Source of the DNA: Takakia lepidozioides
Taxonomy: Eukaryota > Plantae > Bryophyta
NCBI GenBank assembly: GCA_030704615.1
Contig: CM060734.1
Span: 33,418,001-33,482,000, forward strand
Length of the DNA stretch: 64,000 nucleotides
Direction of reading: 5' to 3'
Of this stretch, positions 25,301 through 37,365 are shown in pieces. The notes below the pieces were generated by a model. That model searched no databases and was not told the DNA's origin. It saw nothing but the letters and a program-made list of their open reading frames with translations. Every line of letters starts with the position of its first letter. The stretch's first letter is position 1. A program made the translations under genes and the position numbers.

Positions 25301-26317
25301 GAGTACAGTAGGGCTATGATTATGCCCTTCAACCAAATTCCCATTGTGTTGGATTTGGTTTGGAAAGAATTTAGTCCTCCGCAGTCATTCGCACATTACT
25401 ATCAAATCATGCGCATATGGTTGCCAGTGGCAACTAGGACTAAAGTTCTTCCGAACAATCGACCAATTGAGGATCATCACTTTGCACAGTACTGGCATGA
25501 GGCAGATACCATGTTGAAGGAATTAATTGCTTTCCAAGTTGTACATGGATTCATTTATACCAAGACCAAGGAGGTAGCAAGTATTGTCATGGGATGCGGG
25601 TTATACTACGCTGCTTGTTTTCTGGTACGTTATTACATTGAGCAGCACAAGATGCAATCGCGCTTTCTGAGTTATTCCAGTGGGGATCATTGGGTCTTAC
25701 CTTCAGTGCCACCTCATATGTACCTATATGAGGCAAAAGTTATGATACAAAAGGATTCTCAAATTCGTTCATGGTTTCATGCGGCCTGGAACAATTTGTC
25801 AACACAGAAATTCGGCATTGATGATATTTTCTATAAGGGACATGTGGCATGGAAATACTTGCACAATTCACAAGTCATTGGTACCCCACTCACCTGGACA
25901 GAAAAGGAGCTAAGGGTCTTCACCAATTTTGCCATTCAGCGTTTACAACAAGTTTTAAAATATAAACTTCCAGACATGGTAGGACAACATTGTATGCCCT
26001 AGAGGATTCCACAAAAAGTTCGACAATTAAAACACCTGAGAGGCGATGAGGATTCTGATACAACTGTTTCTTCAGCGGACTCTTTTGACATGGGAGAAGA
26101 CTATGCAATTCAGATGGCAGAAAAGAAGCGATGGGGGTCTCCTATGCCTGAAAGGTTACCTCGATATCAGCCTCCAGAGGGCCTAACATATCCAGGTAGT
26201 GTTCAATCATCTCCGTCAACCAGTGACAGACCTCGGGCTCGTACACACAGTCCGCCACGAAACTCTCAACTTCAGAAAGGTGCTCGCTCACAAAGGATTG
26301 CTAATCCCAATCAGTAA
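22351..26317 (+). pseudogene. Large extra 3' ORF (ORF3) of C1: plant-transposon-protein-like N-terminus, acidic linker, coiled coil, unknown C-terminal domain
   Basis: Consecutive ORFs of 513, 99, 631 and 75 aa between INT and PPT; conserved in C2. Confidence 0.8.
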
Positions 26318-26355
26318 ACCGTGAGGACACGGCTTTTTAAGAGGGGAAGGGGTAA

Positions 26356-27447
26356 TGTTAGAGGACTGTCTGGGACTAAGACACTTATACGGGATCTATA
26401 GGGTACCCTTAATTTTTGCACAGACTGAGACCAACAGGAGCCTTAGGGGTGACAGCAGTGCACTTTAGGGGGGGGTGACACAGCCCGTCACAGCCAACAC
26501 AGCCCATCACAGCCAACATAGCCCGTCACAGCCAACACAGCCGACACAGCCAGACACAGTCAACATAGCCCGTCACAGCCAACACAGCCAGACTCAGTCA
26601 ACACAGCCCGTCACAGCCAACATAGCCAGACACAGTCAACACAGCTCGTCACAGCCGACACAGCCCATCACAGCCAACACAGCCCGTCACAGCCCGTCAC
26701 AGCCCGTCACAGTTTCACACAGCCAGTCACAGCTGTCGCGACCATAGGGAACGGATAGCCGGACAGGGAACGACTGTGGGGAACAACACCTGCGAATGGA
26801 ACATGTTAGTTCACGGACGACGGTTAGTGAGGGAAACGGTTAGAACAACGGGTAGGAAGATAAAGCTAGAAGCAAGGACTGAAAGGGGGATCATTCTTGG
26901 AGCATTTCGGGGGGGGGGGGGGGGCGGGGGGATCACTGCTGGAAGGAGTGGGAAGGAGCACTTCTTGGAGAGACTTCGGACATCACTGGGGGAAAGGAGG
27001 AGAGAGTGTATCTCTGAGCAGAAAGATGGAGAGCACGGAGTAGGAGGAGGATCTGTTGATGCTTAATGAATGCAGGCAGTAGAATTGTAATGTAGAGCAG
27101 ATTAGAGACTCCATGGCTTCAGCCTGATACTTGATAGATATTAATCTGATACACACCTCATACTCACACTGTGTAGAGAGATCTGAGTGAAGCTGTGGAA
27201 TGAATTGATGAGTTGATGGAATCCGATAAATTGATGAAGCAAACTGATACTTAATTACCAGCAGTAAAGTAACTAGCTAACATGAATGCGGGAAGGAAAA
27301 CAAATAGGAAACACCCCCATGATACACTAGCTGTAGGTCATGACTGATTGTTCTGAGCGGGCTGAGTACTTAGAGATTTCCAACTCTTCTATCTTGGAGT
27401 TTCCGCCTCGGATAGCGAAGGGATGGGTGAGTAAAAGCCGCGCGACA
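26356..27447 (+). repeat. 3' LTR of C1, preceded by PPT AAGAGGGGAAGGGG (26339-26352)
   Basis: Direct repeat of 13849-15061 with a shorter internal array. Confidence 0.95.
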
Positions 27448-27452
27448 GATAC

Positions 27453-28560
27453 ACCTGCTCCGAGTATGGGAGGATGGTCGGGTGAGGATTGTGCCTCACC
27501 CCACACATCGTGCACGGTTAGTGCGGCATGCCCATGAGGAGTTGGGGCATTTTGGAGTGCGACGCACTCACAGTTTATTGCAAGGGCAGTATTGGTGGCG
27601 TGGTATGTATACAGAGGTGCAACAGTTCGTGGCTAGGTGCATGGTGTGTGACACGGTGCGTGCTTCATTCAACGCCGCTATACCACAGTTTCATCATTTA
27701 CCAATCATGGGATTGGGCTACAGGTGGAGTCTTGACTTCGCAGGACCGTTGCCACTGACTATGCGCCACCACAGATATGTGTTGGTGATGGTGGAGCGCT
27801 TCTCCAAGTGGATTGAGTTGGTTCCATTGCGTGACAAGGCTAGTGAGGGGGCTGCGTACGCATTCTTGGTTCATGTGCTTAGCCGATTCGGTGCTCCAGC
27901 TGAGGTACTCACGGACCAAGGGAGAGAGTTCTTGGGGGAGTTTCAGGCTTTGTGTGATAAAGCCTTGATAGACCACCGCACCACTTCTTGGGATCATCCT
28001 GAGGCCGATGGCTTGGCAGAGAGAGTTGTTCAGATGGTGAAGAGGGGTTTGCGCAAGTATGGCTTGCAGAAGGGACACCTAGGAGATTGGGATCTTTAGG
28101 TTCCTTGGTTAGCCATGGGCTACAGGTTCCGCAAACAAGCATCACTTGCCTCCTTCTCACCATATTTCCTTCTCTTTGGTCGAGAGCCGGATTTGCCTGC
28201 AGCCATTTGTATGGACACTGCTCAAGTCCTTAACCTTGACGATCCGGACGTATGGGTACGTGCATGTGATCAGCGTGCAGAGTTGTTCAAGAAAGTCATG
28301 CCCATGGCTTTTGAGAACCTTGCCATTGCACAACACCGTGATACGTTGAGGTATGCCACTATACGTGGTGGAGGATATCGTCCTGGGGTTCGGAGGTTTA
28401 GCCTTGGTGACTATGTTTATTTGTAGCAGACTGCTCCTACGACTCTGGATGTTACTGCAGGGCGTGTTATTCTGAGGGTTCGAGAGGTGTTGCCCTCAGG
28501 GGTCTTGATCTTGGAGGGTCGGGATGCGCCATGTCACCTTCCCAATGTCGATGGCTGAGT
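27453..28560 (+). pseudogene. DDE integrase of the DNMT-Gypsy
   Basis: HEELGHFG...CMVC zinc domain, WSLDFAGP, LTDQGREF, DGLAERVV, SPYFLLFGREP. Confidence 0.95.
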
Positions 28561-28597
28561 TGACCCAAACTTGGCAGTGGTACCTACAGGTTTGAGG

Positions 28598-28741
28598 TGC
28601 ATGCTTTGTGGGTCTGCCAAAGGGGCAGCCACCATGCTGGTGTGTGATCGATGCTCAAGGGGTTGACATATGGGATGTTTGACACCACCTCTTGAGAAGG
28701 TTCCTGACGGAGATTGGTTGTGTCCACACTGCTTGGGATAG
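28598..28741 (+). pseudogene. PHD finger at the C-terminus of pol
   Basis: Manual translation CMLCGSAKGAATMLVCDRCSRG*HMGCLTPPLEKVPDGDWLCPHCLG* fits the C4HC3 consensus; the internal stop is TGG>TGA. Confidence 0.92.
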
Positions 28742-29001
28742 TGGCAGTGGACATGACTGGAGGCAGCTAATAAGACATGGGAGGCCAAACTCATAGAAGT
28801 CAATACATGAGATCCCAAGCTCAAGTTCACAGGTTGCAAGACGGCAACTAACGATGGGGCAACTCTTGCACCCGGCCTCTTGATCTATCGAGTTTGAGTG
28901 TAGTAAGGATAGTGGTGGAGGACTTAGTGAGGCTATGGTCACTATCACATCTTGTGGCTACCTGGACTTAGAGGGACCTAAGCACCAGTTAGGGGGGCGA
29001 T

Positions 29002-29189
29002 TGTGTGGACAAGTGACTGCCATAGTGGGCAGAATAGTGGCAACCTAGTGACTGACTAGTTGTAGCCTAGTAATTGGACTAGTGGCTGGACTAGTGGTGG
29101 ACTAGTGATATACTAGTGTGTGGCGTGCACATGTGTTGTGTGGTTTTGGACAGCGATGTAGTTGTGTAGCGATATGTATGCGCATGACA
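29002..29189 (+). repeat. Terminal repeat A1 (188 bp, TG...CA) directly after PPT AGGGGGGCGA-T
   Basis: Direct repeat of 29521-29697; rich in ACTAGT. Confidence 0.9.
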
Positions 29190-29191
29190 GC

Positions 29192-29518
29192 TGTCAAGTT
29201 ATTTTACCACTAGTGTGAAACTAGCTAGGAAATAGCTAGCTTTTACATATTGACATTTGGGATTGGCCCAAGTGTCAATCCAGGGGTCAAGGCAGATTTA
29301 GGCCCTGGAGTGGTTATCTTCACGGCAAGCGCGGGAGGCTCATCTTTCTCGAGTTGAGCCTCACCGCGCCTAGCTATGGCGCCGTAGTGTGGATTCCCCA
29401 TGGCGTGGGGTGCACTTGGCTTGACTTGTATTTGAGTGATGAGGTTATATATGCATGAGTTTATGCTTCAGCTTTGTGAGCTCGCATGAGCTTGTGCTTG
29501 TATTCTTCCTCTTTATCA
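29192..29518 (+). repeat. Terminal repeat B2 (327 bp, TG...CA)
   Basis: Inverted match to 13-339; joined to A1 by CA-GC-TG and to A2 by CA-AT-TG. Confidence 0.9.
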
Positions 29519-29520
29519 AT

Positions 29521-29697
29521 TGTGTGAACTAGTGACTGCCATAGTGGGCAGCCTAGTGACTGACTAGTTGTAGCCTAGTGGTTGGACTAGTGGCTGGACT
29601 AGTGGTAGACTAGTGATATACTAGTGTGTGGCATGCACATGTGTTGTGTGGTTTTGGACAGCGATGTAGTTGTGTAGCGATATGTATGCGCACGACA
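29521..29697 (+). repeat. Terminal repeat A2 (177 bp), right end of the element
   Basis: Copy of A1 with an 11-bp indel and about 7 substitutions; followed by TSD AATC. Confidence 0.9.
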
Positions 29698-31340
29698 AAT
29701 CGTATAACCAATCTTGAAGCTCTATGTTATCAATTGCATTTGAGGTAGGTTTTATATTTATTATTTGTTTTCAGAATATAAAAAGTGAAGTATCATGGTG
29801 TTGTAATGAGTTACGTCAACCCGATGAGAACACAATATTGTCGTATCACGATTTATAAAGTTTTGAATTGTCTCGGATTGTATATAGCAAGATTTTAATG
29901 TATCATGTATTTCTGACTCAGTGGGTTTTCTATTTCTTATAATATTTAAAAAATGTAAGTATTCTAAATCAGATGAATGTCGAATTGCTGAAGTAAGAAT
30001 ATGTTTGTGGGCTGATTGATACACATGAGAACATGAAATATGACACATACAATTTAACGAACGATTTTTATTCTTATGTATACATACTAGAGGTAATTGA
30101 GCAAGGTCACCCACTAGAAGTAATAACTTTTTGGATTTCGTTTTATTAAATTGTGGATCAACATGTCGAAGTCTACACAATACAAATTGGATAATTTCGG
30201 AAGTCATCATTAATATTTCATCTATTATAATTATATCAGCAAATTGTAGTTGAAAAAAAATTTCATTACTTTCATATAATCGAGTTGGGTGACCTTTGAT
30301 TGGTATAGCAAATTGGGAATAAACCGTTTTTGCATACGGGCTAATACGTGTTGCTGCAGCTCCTGTTGTGGCACATAATAGTACATTTTTTTTTCCTATT
30401 GAAAATTGATAAGTTATATATTTAATAAAAAAATGTCTTACCACTTCCTGGTGACCCTTCAATAATATGTACACCATTTTTAGAAGATTTAAATCTCTCC
30501 AAAATAATATTTTGATCATATGTCAATGTTTTCATATTGCATACTATGGAAAATTTGTAGATTACGTGAATGCATATGTGCACTTTCATTTACCATATTT
30601 ATATTTGTTGTATTTATTGTTGGAAGTATATTAGTACAAGTTAGATGTTCTTCGTTATTGATATTATAATTTTGTAAAATATTCACTATTAATTGTTGGG
30701 TTTGTTGAGTTGTATATAAATTTCTAGATGAATAAGGTTGTATAATATTTATCAAATCTGATTCATTTGTCAAAATATGTCGTAATTTACATTCCATAAA
30801 ATATGATTTTGATGTATTTGAGGCAGAAGTTAGGTCAACTTCATTTTCAAATGGTAGTTTATGTAATAAAACATTAAGAAAATATGGTTCTGTATGATGG
30901 GCTGGATGATAATCTGTAAATCTTACTATTCGATTTGTACAATATACATAATTACTCAATGCATCACGGCTTTGTAAAATTTTATTTTTAATCGGTTTTT
31001 TTTTTCTATGATGTACTGAGACCAATATTGGATGAATGTAAGATGTAAGAGATTTTCTGGTCTCATCGAATATAAATCAAATGAGATGAAGAGATAAGTT
31101 GCTAGATTTTTGAATAAATCGTGTTCTATGTTGTACAGGTGCACTATTAATGTAATAAACAGCTTCACTTCTTTGAATTATAGGTATATTAGATAATGTA
31201 ATTGCTGCTTTTGTTATAGATACTGGCTTACTAAGAACATAAGACGAAATAACTTTTAATTGTATTTCGGATAAATCAGTAAGTCCTAACTTCATAGCAT
31301 CATTAGCATTTAAATTTAATTTTCCAGTAGGTTCAGCTTG
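29698..31340 (-). pseudogene. Helitron RepHel: Rep C-terminal region and N-terminal part of the Pif1 helicase
   Basis: CATTGAAA, IIIIDEI, VGDLAQL, LTSAIRH helicase motifs; very AT-rich. Confidence 0.88.
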
Positions 31341-33605
31341 CCTCTCATTTTAAGATAATAGGGTCTTCAATGGGCACGTGCGATGTGGCTGGTGGTGGGC
31401 CCCGCGCACGGACGCCCGGCTCCCCAGCACCCCGCCCGCCGCTGCGCGCGGTCGCCCAGCCGCGGGCGCGGCTGCAACAACCGCGCCCGAGCCCCCGTCC
31501 GCCGCGCGGGCTAGTCCCCCGCCCATGAGTCCGCTGCCCAGCAGTCTGTCAGTCCGCTACTGGCCAGTCGGCTGCCCAGCAGTCTGCCAGTCCGCCAGTC
31601 TGCCCGCTAGTCCGGTGCTCGCCAGTCCGTTCCCAGCAGTCTACCAGTCCGCCAGTCTGCCCGCCAGTCCGCTGGCCAGTCCCTGCCATCCAGTCCGCTG
31701 ACGGCGCAGGATCGCCACCGTCCATTCCCATAACCCATCCGAGCCCTCCATTTTAGGGCTGCAATTCAAACCTGCATCCCTGCCGCCTGCCACTTGCCAG
31801 CAACCGCGAACGTGCGCACTGTTCTCCTGGCACGTTGTCGATCGTGTCCTGTACTGCGGCGCGTTTCTTGCATGTTCAAAAGCGTGTCCTTTGTACTGTA
31901 TAGGGCATGGACGTGGAAGCAAAACCCGATGATATACTGATCACGGAAAGCCCGCTTATACGGCCTCTTCGACAATGTTTGCAAACAGCAAAACCAGGAC
32001 CCTTCAACAGGAAGGATCTCCATTGGAAGAGTGAGACGCAATATGGGTTTATGGGTGTGCGAGTGAATGTTGAAAAGGCCTGCATACCTTGGGATAGAGT
32101 TGGTGACTTCGTCCTGGGAGAGGAGAGTTTGGAGGACTACCCCACTCAGTTTTGGGTGAATGTCCATTCTAAAGTGGAACCCGGCTCGCGAAAAGCACCC
32201 AGAGCCAACACATTTCTGTCCAGTATTATGTGTGCACCATCCTCAGTCCTTTTGACGTTTCATTGCATGTCTGTTGCCATTTTGTTTCACGAGTTCTCTG
32301 ATTTTATGCTTCCTCAAGTCGTTGGATATCGATTTTAGAATTTTCTGTCCAGCTATCAATGCTGTTACGGTCCTGATGACAAGCGCACCAACAAGGCAAT
32401 AGTGGAGGATCCAAAACAAAAGCGTGGAGGACCTCTTGTGGGTGCTGGATGGAACATCTTGCCCTCATAAAGGCCCAAGGAGAAAGAAGTCGGAGTATGA
32501 AGAGTCTTACAAACGTGGTTGTCAATGCTGTTTCAAGGTCCAGCAATGCTATCTCGCCCCTGACATCTGTGTCCTCACGTACTACAACAACATGGAGCAT
32601 ACAGATGCGCAAGGGAAACCCTCGCATGGGAAGTCTGCAGAGTTCAGGAACACCCGTGTCGCGCGGCTTTTACTCATCCATCCCTTCGCTATCCGAGGCG
32701 GAAACTCCAAGATAGAAGAGTTGGAAATCTCTAAGTACTCAGCCCGCGCAGAACAATCAGTCATGACCTACAGCTAGTGTATCATGGGGGTGTTTCCTAT
32801 TTGTTTTCTTTTTGGCATTCATGTTAGCTACCTTACCATTGATAGTTAAGTATCAGTTTGCTTTATCAATCTATTGGATTCCATCAACTCATCCATTCAT
32901 TCCACAGCTTCACTCAGATCTCTCTACACAGTGTGATTGTATCGTATAAGTATCCGATTATGATTTATCAGGTATCAGGCCGAAGCCATTGTGTCTCTAA
33001 TCTGCTCTACAATATCACTACAGCTTTGCATATAACAAGTATCTACTCCTCATCTCTCCATCTTCGCTTCCGTTCTTCATCTCTGCCCGATCCCCTCTCC
33101 TGCATGACCAAGAAGTCCTCTCCTTTCCCTCACTAACCGTCGTCCGTGAACTAACATGTTCCATTTGCAGGTGTTGTCCCCACAGTCGTTCCCTGTCCTG
33201 CTCTCCGTTCCCCTATGGTCGTGACAGCTGTGTCAAGCTGTGACTGGCTTGTGTGAAACTGTGTCGGGCTGTGACTGGCTGTGTGGCTGTGTCTGCTGTG
33301 ACGACTGTGACGGGCTGTGTTGGCTGTGTCGGCTGTGACTGCTGTGTCGACTGTGACGGGCTGTGTTGGCTGTGTCGGTTGTGACGGCTGTGTCGACTGT
33401 GACGACTGTGATGGGCTGTGTGGCTGTGTCGGCTGTGACGGCTGTGTAACCCCCCTCTACAGTGCGCTGCTGTCACCCTAAGGCTCCTGTTGGTCTCAGT
33501 CTGTGCAAAAATTAAGGGTACCTATAGATCCCGTATAAGTGTCTTAGTCCCAGACAGTCTCTAACATTACCCCTTCCCCTCTTAAAAAGCCGTGTCCTCA
33601 CGGTT

Positions 33606-36600
33606 TACTGATTGCGATTAGCAAACCTTTGTGAGTGAGCACCTTTCTGACGTTGAGAGTTTCGTGGCGGACTGTGTGTACGAGCCCGAGGTCTGTCTCT
33701 AGTTGACGGAGATGGTTGATTACTACCTGGATAAGTGAGGCCCTCTGGAGGCTGATATCAAGGTAACCTTTCAGGCATAGGAGACCCCCGTCGCTTCTTC
33801 TCTGCCATCTGAATTGCATAGTCTTCTCCCATGTCAAACGAATTCGGTGAAGAAACAGTTGTATCAGAATCTTCATCGCCTCTCAGGTGTTTTAGTTTTC
33901 GAACTTTTTGTGGAATCCTCTGGGGCATACAATGTTGTCCTACCATGTCTGGAAGTTTATATTTTACAACTTGCTGTAACCGCTGAACAACAAAATTGGT
34001 GTAGACACTGAGCTCCTTGTCTGTCCAGGTGAATGGGGTACCAATTACTGGTGCAACGTGCAAGTATTTCCATGCCACATGTCCCTTATAGAAAATATCA
34101 TCAATGCCGAATTTCTGTGTTGACAAATTGTTCCAGGCCGCTTGAAACCATGAACGAATTTGAGAATCCTTTTGCATCATAACTTTTGCGTCATATAGGT
34201 ACATATGAGGTGGCACCGAAGGTAATACCCAATGATCCCCACTGGAATAACTCAGAAAGCGCGCTTGCATCTTGTGCTGCTCAATGTGATAACGTACCAG
34301 AAAACAAGCAGTGTAGTATAACCCGCATCCCATAACAATACTTGCTACCTCCCTGGTCTTGGTATAAATGAGTCCATGTACAACCTGGAAAGCAATTAAT
34401 TCCCTCAACATGGTACCTGCCTCATGCCAGTACTGCGCAAAGTGATGATCCTCAATTGGTCGATTGTTCGGAAGAACTTTAGTCCTAGTTGCCACTGGCA
34501 GCCAAATGCGCATGATTTGGTAGTAATGTGCGAATGACTGCGGAGGACTAAATTCTTTCCAAGCCAAATCCAACATGATGGGAATTTGATTGAAAGGCAT
34601 AATCATAGCCCTACTGTACTCCCTTGCAGCTGGAGTTTTTGGTGGGTTAAAAGCAGCATTGCCCCATACCTCAGGCTGTGGTGACTGCGGTGTGGTTGTA
34701 GTAACAACAGGTTCAGCTACTGGTACAGTGACTTGTTGTGGTGTTGGTGGTACTGGCTCTTGTATCATTGGCATCTCCTGCACCTCCTGTGAAGACTGAA
34801 AAGCCAAAGTTCTGGCTTGTAAATAAGAAGCCATTAGCTGTTCCTGAGGGATATAGACTCTGTCGATGTTTGAAGTGAGGTCCTCCACTTGAGTCTGCAG
34901 TCCGTCTACACCCTCCTGTAATTCTGCTATTCTACTATAGACATTGTCTATAGTAGTTGTGGCAATGTTCTGCACTTGCAGTCTGAGCTCATTCATCTCG
35001 CTTTGGGTGAGCTTTCGTGGTGCTTTGCCCTCTACTGGCCCTTGTGCTAACCAGACCTGCATAAGGCTGTTATCCACCAAGTTGCTTGTGGTTCCCCTGA
35101 GAGTTTGCTCATCTCTTAGCTTGTACACTTCTAACTGCTGTTGTAAAGCCTCCATGCGCTTCGCATGAGGTTCAACCAAATTTGCATAAGCAGCAAGTAG
35201 ATTATTAGCTTCCTTCCAAGCCTTGTTAGTGACCGTGATTTCAGTTCTATTGGCCATGAGCGTTTGTTGCAACTCTACGATGTGCTTCTCTTGATCAGCT
35301 TCAACCTGCCTGTATTGCTTGAAAGTATCCTCATTGCGACAGATTGTATTCTTCATATCGACAATGAGTTTCATTTGCTCAACATTCTCTTCTTCTGCCT
35401 TCGTACATTTTTCCGCTTGACTGTTTATTTCTTTTGTAGATTGGTCAAGCATAGTTGTGAATGTAGCACATTGTATCGTCATCCTGTCATGCACTGTCTG
35501 CAACTCCGTATGTAGTGCATTCACTTCTTGCAACTTGCTTTCATGCTGCATGCATTTGGTATAGCTGTTGCTTATGTGCTTCGTGCAACTGGTCTTGCGC
35601 GAGGCCTGCCTCAATCAATTGTTCCTTGGCCAATTGCAAAGCCGCTTTTGTATTTCCCAAGTCATGCTGCATCTTGAGAGTGACCTCTTCATCGACCTTG
35701 TTTGCACACTCAGTGGCTAGTCGAGCCTCAAACTCCTTCGTGAGTTCCTCTCTCAAGGCTGTCAATTGGGTAGTTGGAACATGGGATTTGACATAAGTCC
35801 CCAACAAATTAAGTGTCCTGCCTATGGAACTCATCAGCATTGCCTGTTGAGGGTCATCATGGTGAGGTTGCTGCTGTTCCTCCTGATCCTCAACCGTGTG
35901 ATGTCTCACGAACCACTCAGGCCATTGTCCCACCGGATTTTCTTCCTGAACCACTTCATCTATTACCGGTGCTACAGTGTCATGACCTTCTGCCTGTGGT
36001 ACCTCCGACACAGGTGTGCGTATTATATGCACCTCAGGATTTCCCTTGGGCAACTGTTGCACCTCTGGAATCTCTGTCTCCTTGACCAGACCAGAATATT
36101 CATAGAGAAGGTCCCCCTTCTCCATTTCTGCCACTATCTGTTCTGTAGTTGGAATATCTAACCCTTCTCTTTCCAAATCAATTATTTCTGGTTGAGCTGC
36201 ATGGACAACTTGTGACCTTATGACAAGCCGATCAGCTGGCTGTGATGGTTGTGATACTGAAGTAACTTCCTCCTCCCTCTCTGAAGGTCCTGCTTCCAGT
36301 AATAGCATTTCTCTGTGCAGCTGTGCCCCTTCCTACACATGAGCTTGAGAAACATTATCATGCGGAATCCGTGAAGCCAGTGGATTCGCCACTACAGTCT
36401 TTCCCCGTCTCTGCCTCTTAGTCTCGGGTTGCCCTGCTAGTCCACCCTCACTGTGTGAAGAGCCTTGCTCTTCCATTGCAGTGGTTTCTGGCTCAAACAC
36501 TCCCATCTCCTTTCTTTCTTGCGCATCAAGTATGCCAGAATCAAGAATTATTTGAGCAATGATTGGGCCAGACACTATGATAGGAGACTTTGCGGTAGTA

Positions 36601-37365
36601 CCTTGTAATCTTTTCATCTCCTCCACCAGTGCGTTGTACATTATGTCCGCCCATTGTACCTCTTGTCCTTCAGGGCTTTGAGTATTTCCTCCGTGAAGGA
36701 TCTGCTCAAATACTGTTGGTTCTGTTTCATGGCAATCAGAACGTTCAATACCTGGCCTACCTCCTTTAGCCCTGGGTACACAGCCTTGGTACAAGCATAA
36801 CCCTGAGTTTTAAAGAAACTCCCTTCTTGGAATAAGTCCCCTATTTGCAGTCTTGCCCTGTGTTCCTCCACATGCACCTGACCTGCTGGCAATCGAAACA
36901 ATTGCTGGAGGTGGAGTAATCACTAATTCAACTCCCTTCACCGTTGTTGTTCCTGTCTTTGGCTCAAAGTTCTGCAAAAATTGTAACATGTACTGTCTAT
37001 GGTGTAAAGTCCAATCTATGCTTTGCAATCCTTGCAATCTCAGCTCCTCCAGTATCTGTATCGCCTGTGGGGTAGCAATCGTTTGTTTCTGCAGAATTGT
37101 GGTGCTCTTCACCCTGATTTCCTCCATTCCTCTCACTCTCTTCATTTTAGACTCACAGAACTGTTTTGGCTGTAACAACTGCAGAAATGCCTGTAGTGCA
37201 CAAAGCATAAACGTATGGTTGCCACAAAAAGCTATGGGTAATTTCTTGTAAGCCTGTGGAGCTTGCAAGCATCGTTCAAGAGAAAAGCTCCGCTCTGTTC
37301 TTTCGTGTCTTTGCCACTGCGTAAGTAATATTGCGAGCGTATAGTTTGTTAGTTCCTCCATAGTT
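33606..37365 (-). pseudogene. Extra 3' ORF (ORF3) of C2
   Basis: Homologous to 22351-26317; frameshifted. Confidence 0.8.

Larger units (their letters stand above)
13849..27447 (+). mobile_element. Full-length non-chromovirus (Athila/Tat-like) Gypsy, copy C1
   Basis: LTRs TGTTAGAGG...CGCGACA at both ends; 5-bp TSD GATAC (13844-13848, 27448-27452); PBS and PPT present. Host pol resumes in frame after removal. Confidence 0.97.
5499..29697 (+). mobile_element. Ty3/Gypsy retrotransposon encoding gag-PR-DNMT-RT-RH-INT-PHD with split terminal repeats (interrupted by a 13.6 kb Gypsy)
   Basis: Collinear domain fragments from 8090 to 28741, PPT at 28991-29000, then repeats A1-B2-A2. Membership of 5499-7900 is inferred from position only. 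Confidence 0.85.

Noticed and set aside
24107-26002. Retroviral envelope gene
   Set aside because: No clear signal peptide or transmembrane anchor; mostly coiled coil. Left as unknown.
27453-29697. DIRS/Ngaro tyrosine-recombinase element suggested by the split repeats
   Set aside because: It encodes a protease and a DDE integrase, has a PPT and a TSD, and shows no tyrosine recombinase ORF.
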